Shown here one piece after another: positions 1-9,044 of a stretch of 49,652 nt of DNA. The number at the start of each line of letters is the position of its first letter. Positions within the stretch are counted from its first letter, which is position 1. The notes under the pieces are model-generated. The model searched no databases. It saw only the letters and a program-made list of their open reading frames with translations, and was not told the DNA's origin. The stretch lies in IMG/VR virus record IMGVR_UViG_3300027956_000478, positions 1 through 49,652 of that record, one strand, 5' to 3'. This DNA comes from a virus. Its lineage: Duplodnaviria; Caudoviricetes. A program made the translations under genes and the position numbers.

Positions 1-472
1 GTTCGAGTTCAGATTGAAGGTTACCGAGAGAATCAATAGCTACAATAAATCTACCCTGTAATTTCTTTTCTTGAACCGAAGTTAAAAATTTATACAACGC
101 GTTTCGGGTTTGTTCGATACTAACACACGGTACATATTTGACCTTAGATACATCCAAACCAATACGAGTAGCGCCTTCTGCATCAATAGCATTTTCGGTA
201 TCAAAAATAACAGGAATAAGACCTTCTTTTTGAGCGTTAGCAAGAATCTTTTGAACAAATAGTGATTTACCTGTCATCGATTCGCCTGCTAGCATAACTA
301 CTCTACCCTTAGGTATACCACCATAAACGGAACCTGATACAATTGCGTTAAGTACATAACTACCTGTATCAATCCAGCTATCTACTCTACTCAATGTACT
401 ATCGGAGAGATAAGTAGCAAACGGGTTAATTTCATCAATACTATCTAATGCACTTCGTACGTCTTTATCCAT
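1..472 (-). CDS. uvsX: UvsX RecA-like recombinase (runs off the left edge; not in the ORF track)
   Basis: Manual translation from ATG at 472 gives MDKDVRSALDSIDEINPFATYL...IDTGSYVLNAIVSGSVYGGIPKGRVVMLAGESMTGKS (Walker A)...IFDTENAID...IVAIDSLG (Walker B). Confidence 0.93.
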   Translation of the reverse strand, partial: MDKDVRSALDSIDEINPFATYLSDSTLSRVDSWIDTGSYVLNAIVSGSVYGGIPKGRVVMLAGESMTGKSLFVQKILANAQKEGLIPVIFDTENAIDAEGATRIGLDVSKVKYVPCVSIEQTRNALYKFLTSVQEKKLQGRFIVAIDSLGNLQSELE

Positions 473-478
473 ATAGAT

Positions 479-506
479 ATAATAAATACTTTACTCTAAA
501 AATCAA
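479..506 (-). promoter_or_regulatory. sigma70-like promoter of uvsX
   Basis: TTGATT-N16-TATTAT, then 6 nt to ATG. Confidence 0.6.
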
Positions 507-509
507 GAC

Positions 510-555
510 AAAAAAGAACCTCCCTTGGTGCGCATTGTTAAGAGGCGTGGGAGGT
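510..555 (-). terminator. Stem-loop plus U-tract; terminator-like or small structured RNA
   Basis: ACCTCCC (518-524) pairs with GGGAGGT (549-555) around a 24-nt interior; TCTTTTTT follows on the minus strand, downstream of ORF 577-924. Confidence 0.5.
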
Positions 556-576
556 GTTGTTAGATTTATTTAATAT

Positions 577-924
577 TTAGTCTTCAAATAGCTTAATTAC
601 CTCTGCATCACCTGTAGGAGCTGCTTGCGGTTGAGGAGTATTAATGCCATTATATTGGGCAATAATTTTGCTATCAAGTTGAACTTCAGATTGAACAATA
701 CTAGAGCGGTTAAATGTCCAGTGATTTGCTGCTCGTGAAGCTTGTTCTAGAAACTCCATAAAGATATATGGAATAGATTGAACTTGAAGTTGACCTGTTT
801 GCGGGTTAGGTTGAACGTGAATAATAACAGGGTTATTTAGGGTAAGTGTTGCTTCTGTTTCAGAAACAATCTCACCGATAACTGTACGTCCAATATGATC
901 GATAATAGTAGTAATTTTACTCAT
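577..924 (-). CDS. Hypothetical protein, possibly Sm/SH3-like beta-barrel
   Basis: 115 aa ORF; beta-rich pattern (TVIGEIVSETEATLTLNNPVII) like small T4-like phage proteins. Confidence 0.65.
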   Translation of the reverse strand: MSKITTIIDHIGRTVIGEIVSETEATLTLNNPVIIHVQPNPQTGQLQVQSIPYIFMEFLEQASRAANHWTFNRSSIVQSEVQLDSKIIAQYNGINTPQPQAAPTGDAEVIKLFED

Positions 925-949
925 GATATATTATATTATAGTAAAGATT

Positions 950-1189
950 TTATTTTTCAACCTTTTTATTATCAGAAAGTGACTTATCAACTTGGCTTTT
1001 CCAAGTGAGAATACCCTTCCTCATTGCTTCGATGCCTGGGTGATTATTAACACCTGACCCATCATCATATCCCATCATAATATTAGAAACAATCTCTAAT
1101 ACGCTATTAATGCCAATGTTTTTACCTCTCCAAAAAGCAGGATGTGCTCTCGGTGTATTATCAAATTCAGGTTGATCTAAATATTCCAT
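950..1189 (-). CDS. Hypothetical protein
   Basis: 79 aa ORF in operon context; TTGCAT...TATAAT-N6-ATG upstream. Confidence 0.65.
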   Translation of the reverse strand: MEYLDQPEFDNTPRAHPAFWRGKNIGINSVLEIVSNIMMGYDDGSGVNNHPGIEAMRKGILTWKSQVDKSLSDNKKVEK

Positions 1190-1230
1190 ATTGATATTAT
1201 ATAGGTGTTAAATTCTATTATGCAACTAAC

Positions 1231-2358
1231 TTAAAACCCAAATAGATCATCAAGTTCAGTTTGTACATTATCTGTTGGCTTTCTAATACGCCAACCTACA
1301 GAGTTATAGAAGCGTTCAATCGAATTAAATAGAATCTTTTCAAACATTAAGACATAGTCGATTTTAAAAAGATTCTTAAACTCTGCATTATAGTTATACT
1401 TAAAGCCAATATTTGTAATACCATACTTGTTTTGTTTTTCTACGTAGAGATATCTAATTTTATCTCCGGAAGAAATAGTCTCACTCTTACCGTCAATTTT
1501 TGACATAATCAAATTATGATAATATGCTGACTTAACATGAATAGGCATACCTTTAGCAACTAAAAACTCTCTACACAACGGTGCATATTTCTCATACCCC
1601 TTAATACCCATAACGAAAGCAATCTCCTCTGGCATAAGACTCTTAAACACATCAAACGTTTCATTAAGAAGCTTATTAGTCTGATTTTGAGACTGAGTTA
1701 ACAGCATTGTTTCGATAATCTTTTTAGCGTAAGGTTTAATAGCATTAGGCATTGTTGTACGTACAACTTCAACACCTACATACTTGAACTTATCTACTTT
1801 AAGCCCTTCGTCGTCAAGAATATGCATAACGTAACGTTTCTTCTGAAGAAACACAGCAACATCTGCAATACATTCACGCTTAAACACAAATCGACTATCT
1901 TTTGTAAGTAGGTTTTTCTTTGCCCATGTGGTAATACCTGCATTTAGATAATCTTCAAGATCATTTACAGTTTTATAAAAATCTGCAGATACTTCATTAC
2001 CATCTTTCAAAGGTACTTTATCTTTAATACAACCTAAGGAGAAGTAACACGAGTCTGTATCAGAATACACCCAACTTTCATTAAGGGTATGCTTATCAGT
2101 AATATTAAAATTTGTAGTTAAGTAATCTTGTAGTAGCTTACCTGCATGCTTAATAACAGCTTGACCAGTTAGTGTTACAGACGATGCAATATCATCATCG
2201 CCAATAGGAGCTTGTTTATTACCCATATATCCGTAGACAGAATTTAAAAGTACTTTTTGTACCATCTGTAATGTATGGTATCTACTTACATCTAGCTCTA
2301 GTCGTTCTTTCTCTTTTAAGAGCTCGTCTCTTCTTTTTAGTAGTGCCTGTTTATCCAT
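1231..2358 (-). CDS. gp43: Family B DNA polymerase, C-terminal subunit (gp43B: second finger helix, palm, thumb)
   Basis: Motif B KVLLNSVYGYMGN, motif C YSDTDS, KKRY, KYVGVEVVRTT, C-terminal clamp-binding-like LDDLFGF. Confidence 0.95.
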   Translation of the reverse strand: MDKQALLKRRDELLKEKERLELDVSRYHTLQMVQKVLLNSVYGYMGNKQAPIGDDDIASSVTLTGQAVIKHAGKLLQDYLTTNFNITDKHTLNESWVYSDTDSCYFSLGCIKDKVPLKDGNEVSADFYKTVNDLEDYLNAGITTWAKKNLLTKDSRFVFKRECIADVAVFLQKKRYVMHILDDEGLKVDKFKYVGVEVVRTTMPNAIKPYAKKIIETMLLTQSQNQTNKLLNETFDVFKSLMPEEIAFVMGIKGYEKYAPLCREFLVAKGMPIHVKSAYYHNLIMSKIDGKSETISSGDKIRYLYVEKQNKYGITNIGFKYNYNAEFKNLFKIDYVLMFEKILFNSIERFYNSVGWRIRKPTDNVQTELDDLFGF

Positions 2359-2388
2359 ATAAATGCCTGTTTAACCATAAATAAATAT

Positions 2389-3246
2389 ATGAGCAATAAT
2401 GAAAAATATTATGTTTATGCTTATTTTGATCCTATGATCGAATATTATTGTACCTTATGTGAGCAAGAATTCAACGTCAAACCTGTATATATAGGTAAGG
2501 GTAGAGGAAAAAGATATCTTAAGCATCTACATAATAATAAAAAAACTAAACTTACAAATCTCAATAAATTTTTAATAACAAATAATATTGTTCCATGTTA
2601 TAGTATTTTAGAGTACTTTAATAACGAGGCAGATGCTTTTAAGAGGGAGATTGAATTAATAGCTACGGTAGGTAGAGAGAATATAGATACAGGCCCTCTA
2701 TACAATTTAACAAACGGTGGTGAAGGTTCAGCTGGTATAGTACTTACTAATGAACAGAAGGAAAATAGGAGTAAATCAATGTTAATTTTTTGGAATAGCT
2801 TAGATAAAATGAAAAGAGAAAAAATTGGACAAAAATCTCTTGCTAATAGACATCCTGATAATGTGGCAAGAGGGATAAAGAGTACTTTAGATACAAAACA
2901 CAAGTGGTCTACTTATTATAAGCAGCAAGTAGAAAACGAAAGATATAATAGCTGGAAGCAGAGTTATTGTAATACAGATATCAAGAGACAACAAAGATCG
3001 TTAAAATGTAAGATTGCCAGCAGTAAAAGAGAGATGTATTTTATTACCTTTATATTAGTAAGTACAGGCGAGGCTAGAACATCTTTTTTAAAAGATATGA
3101 TAAATGAAGGGTACGGTAAAGATGCATTAGAATGGAGAATAAAAGGTAAAACAGATATAGCTTTACCTTATAAGGTAAAACATCTAAATGATTATATTAT
3201 AATCCAAAAAGTTGAAAAGAAGATCTATTCTAAGCACTCAAGTTGA
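2389..3246 (+). CDS. GIY-YIG-type homing endonuclease between the two gp43 halves
   Basis: YYVYAY...YIGKGRGKRY...AFKREIELI...LYNLTNGGEG; TAAATA late promoter at 2378-2383; overlaps the gp43A 3' end by 22 nt. Confidence 0.85.
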   Translation: MSNNEKYYVYAYFDPMIEYYCTLCEQEFNVKPVYIGKGRGKRYLKHLHNNKKTKLTNLNKFLITNNIVPCYSILEYFNNEADAFKREIELIATVGRENIDTGPLYNLTNGGEGSAGIVLTNEQKENRSKSMLIFWNSLDKMKREKIGQKSLANRHPDNVARGIKSTLDTKHKWSTYYKQQVENERYNSWKQSYCNTDIKRQQRSLKCKIASSKREMYFITFILVSTGEARTSFLKDMINEGYGKDALEWRIKGKTDIALPYKVKHLNDYIIIQKVEKKIYSKHSS

Positions 3247-5966
3247 GTTTCTATTTCCTTTAATTCATCCTTAACTTTTGATAAATCTACCCTTGCAGAC
3301 ATTAGCTTGCTTTTTGTATCTTTTCTCTGATCGTAGTAGTGATCAAGAAATTCAGGAATAATACCTTGCTTCTTCTGCGTAAATAAGAAACCTGCCTTAG
3401 TAATAGCTAATTCTTCTTGTTTAATAAAAGCGCTAAACTTTTCTTTCGTTAAGTTAAATGATCTACCTGATACATGCTTTACAGTATAGTTATCATCATC
3501 TACTTTTTCTATCTTACCTACTTTCGTTTCGGGTGATAGATTAAGCGCAATCATAACGTTCGGATATAGCGAGTTAGCATCAAACGATACTACATTCTCC
3601 TTAAAGCCGTGCTTAGGTTCAGCTACATAGGCACCTGGATTCTTTCCTTCAGCTTGGTTACGAACGAAAGTAGATATAACCTCTTTACGTTTACGTGCTT
3701 TAATCGTAAGAGCTCCGTTGATGACTGAAATAGTACCCATCGCACCTTCAAGCGTTGTCAAACCTACATAAGAAAGCATTCGTAATAGCGATACATATTG
3801 TAACTTCTCCTCAAGTCTAACAAGGAGGTTAACGTCTTGAATGTTATATTTTACAAATGTATTCCAATCAGTCTCAGAAAGTGTAGCTAGGTTAATATCA
3901 CCATAATCAACCTTACGTTCATTAAGTTCAATCTCACCAATAGCGTCAAGCTTGTAAGATTCACGCAGCTTTAAGCAAAACCTCTTATAGATATCGAGAT
4001 AGTCAATACATGCAACGCCATTAATATAGTAACGCTTAACCTCACGACCGAACTTACCCCTAATCATTCTATCATATACTTGACCTACAGGAGACAACCT
4101 ATTTACATACTCTTGACCTAATAATCTTTCAATACGGTTAATGATATAAGGAATATCAAACCCCTCACAATTGTGTGTATGTATACCGTTACATAAGAAT
4201 GTATGTGTTTCTGTTGTTATATCGTACATTTGCACCTCTCTACCTGTCTTGGTAATAGGTAATATCCTAACTACATATTCATCAGCACCACCATACATCC
4301 ATTGTATTTTATTAGACGCAGTATTTTTAATAGTTCGATATTTTAAATTGCTTAGTTTGGTTTTTCTATGTGTATGTCTGATATATAAATTTTCTAAAAA
4401 TTTCTGATTTATATTATTACTATTTACAGTAATATAATTCTTATGCAAACGCGATTGAACACCATTCCATAGTAGTAATTCTTGAAGGTCATTTAAAAAT
4501 TTATATTTAGTGCAGTCGTAATTACATAAAGAAATACCATTCTGCTCAATCCAGCCATCACCGTCGATCATACCACTAAAAAATGCCTTGAATTGAGAAT
4601 AAGATAATCTAGATAGTAGTTCTACATCTGGTTGCTTAGAGTCACTTTTGTTATAAATTAAATTGTGCAATACACGAACTTTATTATTATTACATATCTG
4701 CTTGGTATATGAAATAAACTCTCTATTATTAAACCTGGTTATACACTCAGTAAATGGTTTTAGATTTTTGTTATGCTCTTTTGCAAACGCTGCTGTATAA
4801 CTTGCGATTAAATCGCTATATTTACTTGTCAACCTATAACACTGCTTACTCTTATCATATGTACCATCTGTAAATATAAATCCCATTAGTTGTAGTATCT
4901 CTAAAGATATACTCTCTTTTTTTCTTATAATAAAATTATCACAAACACGTCGCGTTGTAGTAAAGTTAAAAATATAACTATCCTGATCCTCATCAACTAT
5001 GACGTCTCTAAGTGCTGGCACGCTTTCTACAAATTCTTGATAGTTTAAGTCACTATTATTATTAGTACCTAGATGTTTGACAGCATAGAAATCATAAACA
5101 ACTTGATCACGCTCAATATCTGCTACACTTAATTCTACAATATTTTTAGTTAAGGTTTTAAAATTTTTATAATCTGTCTTTTTTCTTCTATAAACCATAA
5201 ATCTATGATCTTTAGAGCACAGAACACTACTACCATGCTCCGTCTTAATCTCGTACTCAGACTTTATACCTGTATTCATAAAGTTATTTATACAAATACC
5301 ATGTCTTTTAAGAGGCTTATTCTCGAAGTTATTCGATAAATCCTTAATTTTAACTATACGATCCTGTAACCATACATGTTGATTTTCTTCTATACAGTTC
5401 CAACCACTAAGAATATCAGGGTAGTCGGATTCTATATACTCGATAAATTTAATAAACAGAGCCCGCTCATTTTTGCAGTGATAGTATACTACATTATCAG
5501 CAGTATTTGTATATGGAGCTAACCCAAAAGTATTAAACTTCTTAGTAGTTGTATCATAGCATGTAATAACATTTACAGGGTGAGTAGGGTCTTCTGTATT
5601 CGGAAAGCTGCTAGGTGAAAAAGTTTCGATGTCAAAAAATACAACCTTTAGTGGGTGTTGAGTAAATTCAGGAGCTTCATTCTCACGCCAGAACGCTTCT
5701 AGCAAGTATTGCTGTACAGTAGGAATATTTTCGAATAACCTACGGTTACCAGAATCAGCAATATACTTATTTCTATCGTACTGCGTATTAAATGTACGCT
5801 TCTTAACCTTTGTACCGTAAATGGACGTCTTATCGCCGTCAGGAGATTCGAGATACAGGTACGGGTTGAAAGTTACATCGCGTGTAATACGCTTACCGGA
5901 CTCATCCCAAGTAAAAAGCTTGATCGATTGATCTCTGCTATTGTATATTGCGTTTCGATATGCCAT
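3225..5966 (-). CDS. gp43: Family B DNA polymerase, N-terminal subunit (gp43A: exonuclease, motif A, first finger helix), intein-containing
   Basis: ExoI FFDIET, ExoII GWN[intein]CEGFDIPY, ExoIII YNIQDV, motif A SFDANSLYP. Confidence 0.95.
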   Translation of the reverse strand: MAYRNAIYNSRDQSIKLFTWDESGKRITRDVTFNPYLYLESPDGDKTSIYGTKVKKRTFNTQYDRNKYIADSGNRRLFENIPTVQQYLLEAFWRENEAPEFTQHPLKVVFFDIETFSPSSFPNTEDPTHPVNVITCYDTTTKKFNTFGLAPYTNTADNVVYYHCKNERALFIKFIEYIESDYPDILSGWNCIEENQHVWLQDRIVKIKDLSNNFENKPLKRHGICINNFMNTGIKSEYEIKTEHGSSVLCSKDHRFMVYRRKKTDYKNFKTLTKNIVELSVADIERDQVVYDFYAVKHLGTNNNSDLNYQEFVESVPALRDVIVDEDQDSYIFNFTTTRRVCDNFIIRKKESISLEILQLMGFIFTDGTYDKSKQCYRLTSKYSDLIASYTAAFAKEHNKNLKPFTECITRFNNREFISYTKQICNNNKVRVLHNLIYNKSDSKQPDVELLSRLSYSQFKAFFSGMIDGDGWIEQNGISLCNYDCTKYKFLNDLQELLLWNGVQSRLHKNYITVNSNNINQKFLENLYIRHTHRKTKLSNLKYRTIKNTASNKIQWMYGGADEYVVRILPITKTGREVQMYDITTETHTFLCNGIHTHNCEGFDIPYIINRIERLLGQEYVNRLSPVGQVYDRMIRGKFGREVKRYYINGVACIDYLDIYKRFCLKLRESYKLDAIGEIELNERKVDYGDINLATLSETDWNTFVKYNIQDVNLLVRLEEKLQYVSLLRMLSYVGLTTLEGAMGTISVINGALTIKARKRKEVISTFVRNQAEGKNPGAYVAEPKHGFKENVVSFDANSLYPNVMIALNLSPETKVGKIEKVDDDNYTVKHVSGRSFNLTKEKFSAFIKQEELAITKAGFLFTQKKQGIIPEFLDHYYDQRKDTKSKLMSARVDLSKVKDELKEIETQLECLE
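4170..5396 (-). mobile_element. Intein with LAGLIDADG endonuclease (409 aa) in the ExoII motif of gp43A
   Basis: Starts CIEENQHV after GWN and ends THTFLCNGIHTHN before Cys+1; block B CSKDHRF; LAGLIDADG-like LMGFIFTDG and FFSGMIDGDG. Confidence 0.93.
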
Positions 5967-5976
5967 TCTTAGTTAT

Positions 5977-6004
5977 AGTATAAACCATAACAAATAATTA
6001 TCAA
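5977..6004 (-). promoter_or_regulatory. sigma70-like promoter of gp43A
   Basis: TTGATA-N16-TATACT, 10 nt from ATG. Confidence 0.55.
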
Positions 6005-6008
6005 CCTA

Positions 6009-7220
6009 TTAAGGATTCCAACGCTTGAGATATTTCCTCTCTGGTGAGCCGTAAGGTGTATTAAGAACTTCAAGGTAGCAACCGATATTTTCATCGAGTT
6101 CTAAGAACCTGCTCGCGCCAATTTCTCTAAACCTTTCTGTATTACGGTAATATGCAGCTTTATTCTTAAGAATTGCTGCAAGTTTCTCTTCTAGCTCTTC
6201 TCCTGTTTTAAACTTAAGCTCTGCTGGTGCTACTTTATACGTTTCCATATCTTGAACAAGACATGGTAGACCTAACACACACGCTTCAATAAATTTAATG
6301 TCTGACTTAGAGTTATTAAAGCTATTATCCTGTAAAGGAGCGATCATTATTTGAGCTCCAAGATTAGCAATAAATCCAGCATACCTATTGAGTGATTGCC
6401 ATTGATGAAACTCGATTTTACCACTTTCAACTAACGGTTGTAAGGGTGGTGGGAAAGATCCGACGAATACCCATTGATATTTGTCAATTGTACGTCTTAC
6501 TACATCAATTACGTGTGAAAAGTCATCAATACCGCCGTTTTTATTGTCTACGTCGTAGTGAGCGCCTGAACCTGTATAGAGGACTCTCGGTTTACGTTTA
6601 TTTTTGTCGTAATTATTCCAAATACGCTGTTTATTATAATGGTGACCCATCCAATGATATGGAACGAAGTTAGGTACAACAGTAATTTCTTGTTTACCAG
6701 TTCGCTTCTGGTATAACTTACGCATATAATCACAGGTAACTGTGACTTCGTCGCACATATTAATAATTTCTATACAATTATTACGAATTTCTTCGTTATC
6801 GAAAGCAAATTTAAATTTATTATAATCAGGAATATCTTCCCTAAATACAACATCATCAACTTCGTATACTAACTTAAATCCACTTTCTTGCTGGATAGAT
6901 TTAAGATATTTAACGAATTCTTTTTGATCATTTGATGCTTGTCGTTGTATCTTAACACACTTCACACCTTTATACCAGCGTGGGTCAAATATCATAGCGG
7001 TTTGAGATTGAGAACAACCGTAACCTTCAGAGTTAATTAGTAATTCAGGCCATAATATACGCCAGAAACCACATCCTGAATAATCCGCTAAATAATTGAC
7101 GTATCTTGGAAGTGATAGTTCTTTAGGCTGTATATTTTGAACAGGTTGTATTACAACATTGCTTGCGAAAGGTTGAACAACAGCATTAACAAAAGGGCTG
7201 ACGAATGGCTGAACGTGCAT
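6009..7220 (-). CDS. Glycosyltransferase-like protein (GT-B type)
   Basis: DYSGCGFWRI, YEVDDVVF, IAPLQDNSFNNSKSDIKFIEA; TAAATA at 7228-7233 upstream. Confidence 0.75.
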   Translation of the reverse strand: MHVQPFVSPFVNAVVQPFASNVVIQPVQNIQPKELSLPRYVNYLADYSGCGFWRILWPELLINSEGYGCSQSQTAMIFDPRWYKGVKCVKIQRQASNDQKEFVKYLKSIQQESGFKLVYEVDDVVFREDIPDYNKFKFAFDNEEIRNNCIEIINMCDEVTVTCDYMRKLYQKRTGKQEITVVPNFVPYHWMGHHYNKQRIWNNYDKNKRKPRVLYTGSGAHYDVDNKNGGIDDFSHVIDVVRRTIDKYQWVFVGSFPPPLQPLVESGKIEFHQWQSLNRYAGFIANLGAQIMIAPLQDNSFNNSKSDIKFIEACVLGLPCLVQDMETYKVAPAELKFKTGEELEEKLAAILKNKAAYYRNTERFREIGASRFLELDENIGCYLEVLNTPYGSPERKYLKRWNP

Positions 7221-7235
7221 CTTGGATTATTTACA

Positions 7236-9044
7236 TTAATATTCTGAATACTCCACTCGTCTTGTAATTCCGTCGCGTTTCTCAAGAAAAATAATGTCAC
7301 CGGTTACAGCCTTTAAAGATTCTGTTCTATGAGATATAACAATAGTACATTCATCAAGCGATTCAACACGCTCCTTCAATATTTCTGTAATGAGCTCAAT
7401 ACCCTTTTGATCGAAAGAAGAGTCAAATAGCTCGTCATATATTGCAATATTGTAACTTACACCGCCTTGTAAACGTCTAATATCTGAAAAAGCGAATAAA
7501 CAAGCAAGATCGATAGATTTACGTTCAGCTCCTGAAAAGTTAAAGTAGGAACAGATCTTATTTTTATCGTTAACAATTTCTTCTTCAAAATATTCATTGA
7601 ATACACATGTAGAATTAGAATCGAGCTTCTTAAGATAAAAATATAACTTATTATTAAGCAGTTCGAGCAACTTATTAACAATATATGACTTAACACCTTC
7701 CTCAGATACAATAAATTTAACAATATCGAGCTTACTTAGCTGCTTATTAATAGATAAAACAGTATTCTCTAACTCTTTTAGTCTTATTTCCGTAATACTA
7801 ATTAGTTCATCAAACTCATTACTATCATTCGCAAGTGCATCAATATCATCTTTAAGTTCTTCCTGCCATTTATTGAGTTTATCAATACTAGTTTGAATGT
7901 TTACCTTAGATTGTAGCTGTAAATTAGCATTATTAAGAGACTTTGTTGTCTGTTGTATCAAATCTTTAATCTTATCTTTAAGATTTTTTGCTTCTTGAGT
8001 CTTAGTTAAAGATAATTTAACCTCATCAGCCATTAACACCAGTTCACTCTTAAGAAGTTGACGTTCGCCTTCAATAGTCTCTTTATCATGATCAGCTATT
8101 GAACGTAAACACACAGGACACTTGGATTCATCAGTACCAATCTTATTGTAATGATCTTTTTTATGATTTAAAACAGACTTCTTACTAGTACTTTCCTCGA
8201 TAAGTTGTGATATCTTATCATCACACGTAATTAACTTACCCTCGAGATCTGAAATTTGCTTTTTATACTTGTCGATATTAGTCTCACACTCAATATTATC
8301 TATCTTTTTAGTAAGTTCAATTATCTCTTGACTGTTATTACTTTGTCTTGTAAGGTAGAGCTTACGTTTCTCTTCTTTTTTCTCTAAACTCTTTGTTTTT
8401 TGTTGATTGTAACCATTAAAAGTGGTAGTTACTTCTTCTAGTTTAGTGTTTTGTACATCGTATTCCTTTTTAATCTCATTATATTCAGATCTTAATACAG
8501 TAATCATCTTACTGAACACTTCCATACCAAAAATATCTTCAATAAACCGACGCTTTTCGGTTTTATTTTTTGCCATAAACGGAATTGCATTATTAACTGT
8601 CATAATAACACAATTCTGAAAGATTGCAGGTGATGCGCTCAATACTTCACAAATATATTTTGTAGTATTCGCTATACTATCACGTGTTTTATCAGTACCA
8701 TCCTTGAATACTGTAAGTTTTGTTGGTGATAGTGTACGTATTACCTTGAATTTATTGTTACCACGCGGTGAATCTACTTCAAAATCAAGTTCTACATGCG
8801 TTTTACCACCAGTAATATTGTTAACAATAAGATCTTTTTTAATTTCACGTAGTGTTTCACCGAATATAGCGAAATAAAGAGAATCAGCTACGGTAGACTT
8901 ACCTACAGCGTTACGTCTTTCGGGTTTATCTATATTTCTACCTGTAAGTACGTGTAATCCGCGTTTAAAATTAATAATTACAGGTTCTTCCCCCACGGAA
9001 AGGAAGTTCTGGATAGCTATTCTGGTAAAGTTAACTGTTTTCAT
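7236..9044 (-). CDS. gp46: gp46 Rad50/SbcC-like recombination ATPase
   Basis: IQNFLSVG, Walker A NAVGKST, Zn-hook CPVC, signature FSGAE, Walker B YDELFD, ISH; start taken at MKTVNF. Confidence 0.93.
   Translation of the reverse strand: MKTVNFTRIAIQNFLSVGEEPVIINFKRGLHVLTGRNIDKPERRNAVGKSTVADSLYFAIFGETLREIKKDLIVNNITGGKTHVELDFEVDSPRGNNKFKVIRTLSPTKLTVFKDGTDKTRDSIANTTKYICEVLSASPAIFQNCVIMTVNNAIPFMAKNKTEKRRFIEDIFGMEVFSKMITVLRSEYNEIKKEYDVQNTKLEEVTTTFNGYNQQKTKSLEKKEEKRKLYLTRQSNNSQEIIELTKKIDNIECETNIDKYKKQISDLEGKLITCDDKISQLIEESTSKKSVLNHKKDHYNKIGTDESKCPVCLRSIADHDKETIEGERQLLKSELVLMADEVKLSLTKTQEAKNLKDKIKDLIQQTTKSLNNANLQLQSKVNIQTSIDKLNKWQEELKDDIDALANDSNEFDELISITEIRLKELENTVLSINKQLSKLDIVKFIVSEEGVKSYIVNKLLELLNNKLYFYLKKLDSNSTCVFNEYFEEEIVNDKNKICSYFNFSGAERKSIDLACLFAFSDIRRLQGGVSYNIAIYDELFDSSFDQKGIELITEILKERVESLDECTIVISHRTESLKAVTGDIIFLEKRDGITRRVEYSEY

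Noticed and set aside
2359-3246. Group I intron or split intein joining gp43A and gp43B
   Set aside because: Only 30 non-coding nt flank the endonuclease, which is antisense and overlaps gp43A. No intron core and no intein terminal motifs at the split.
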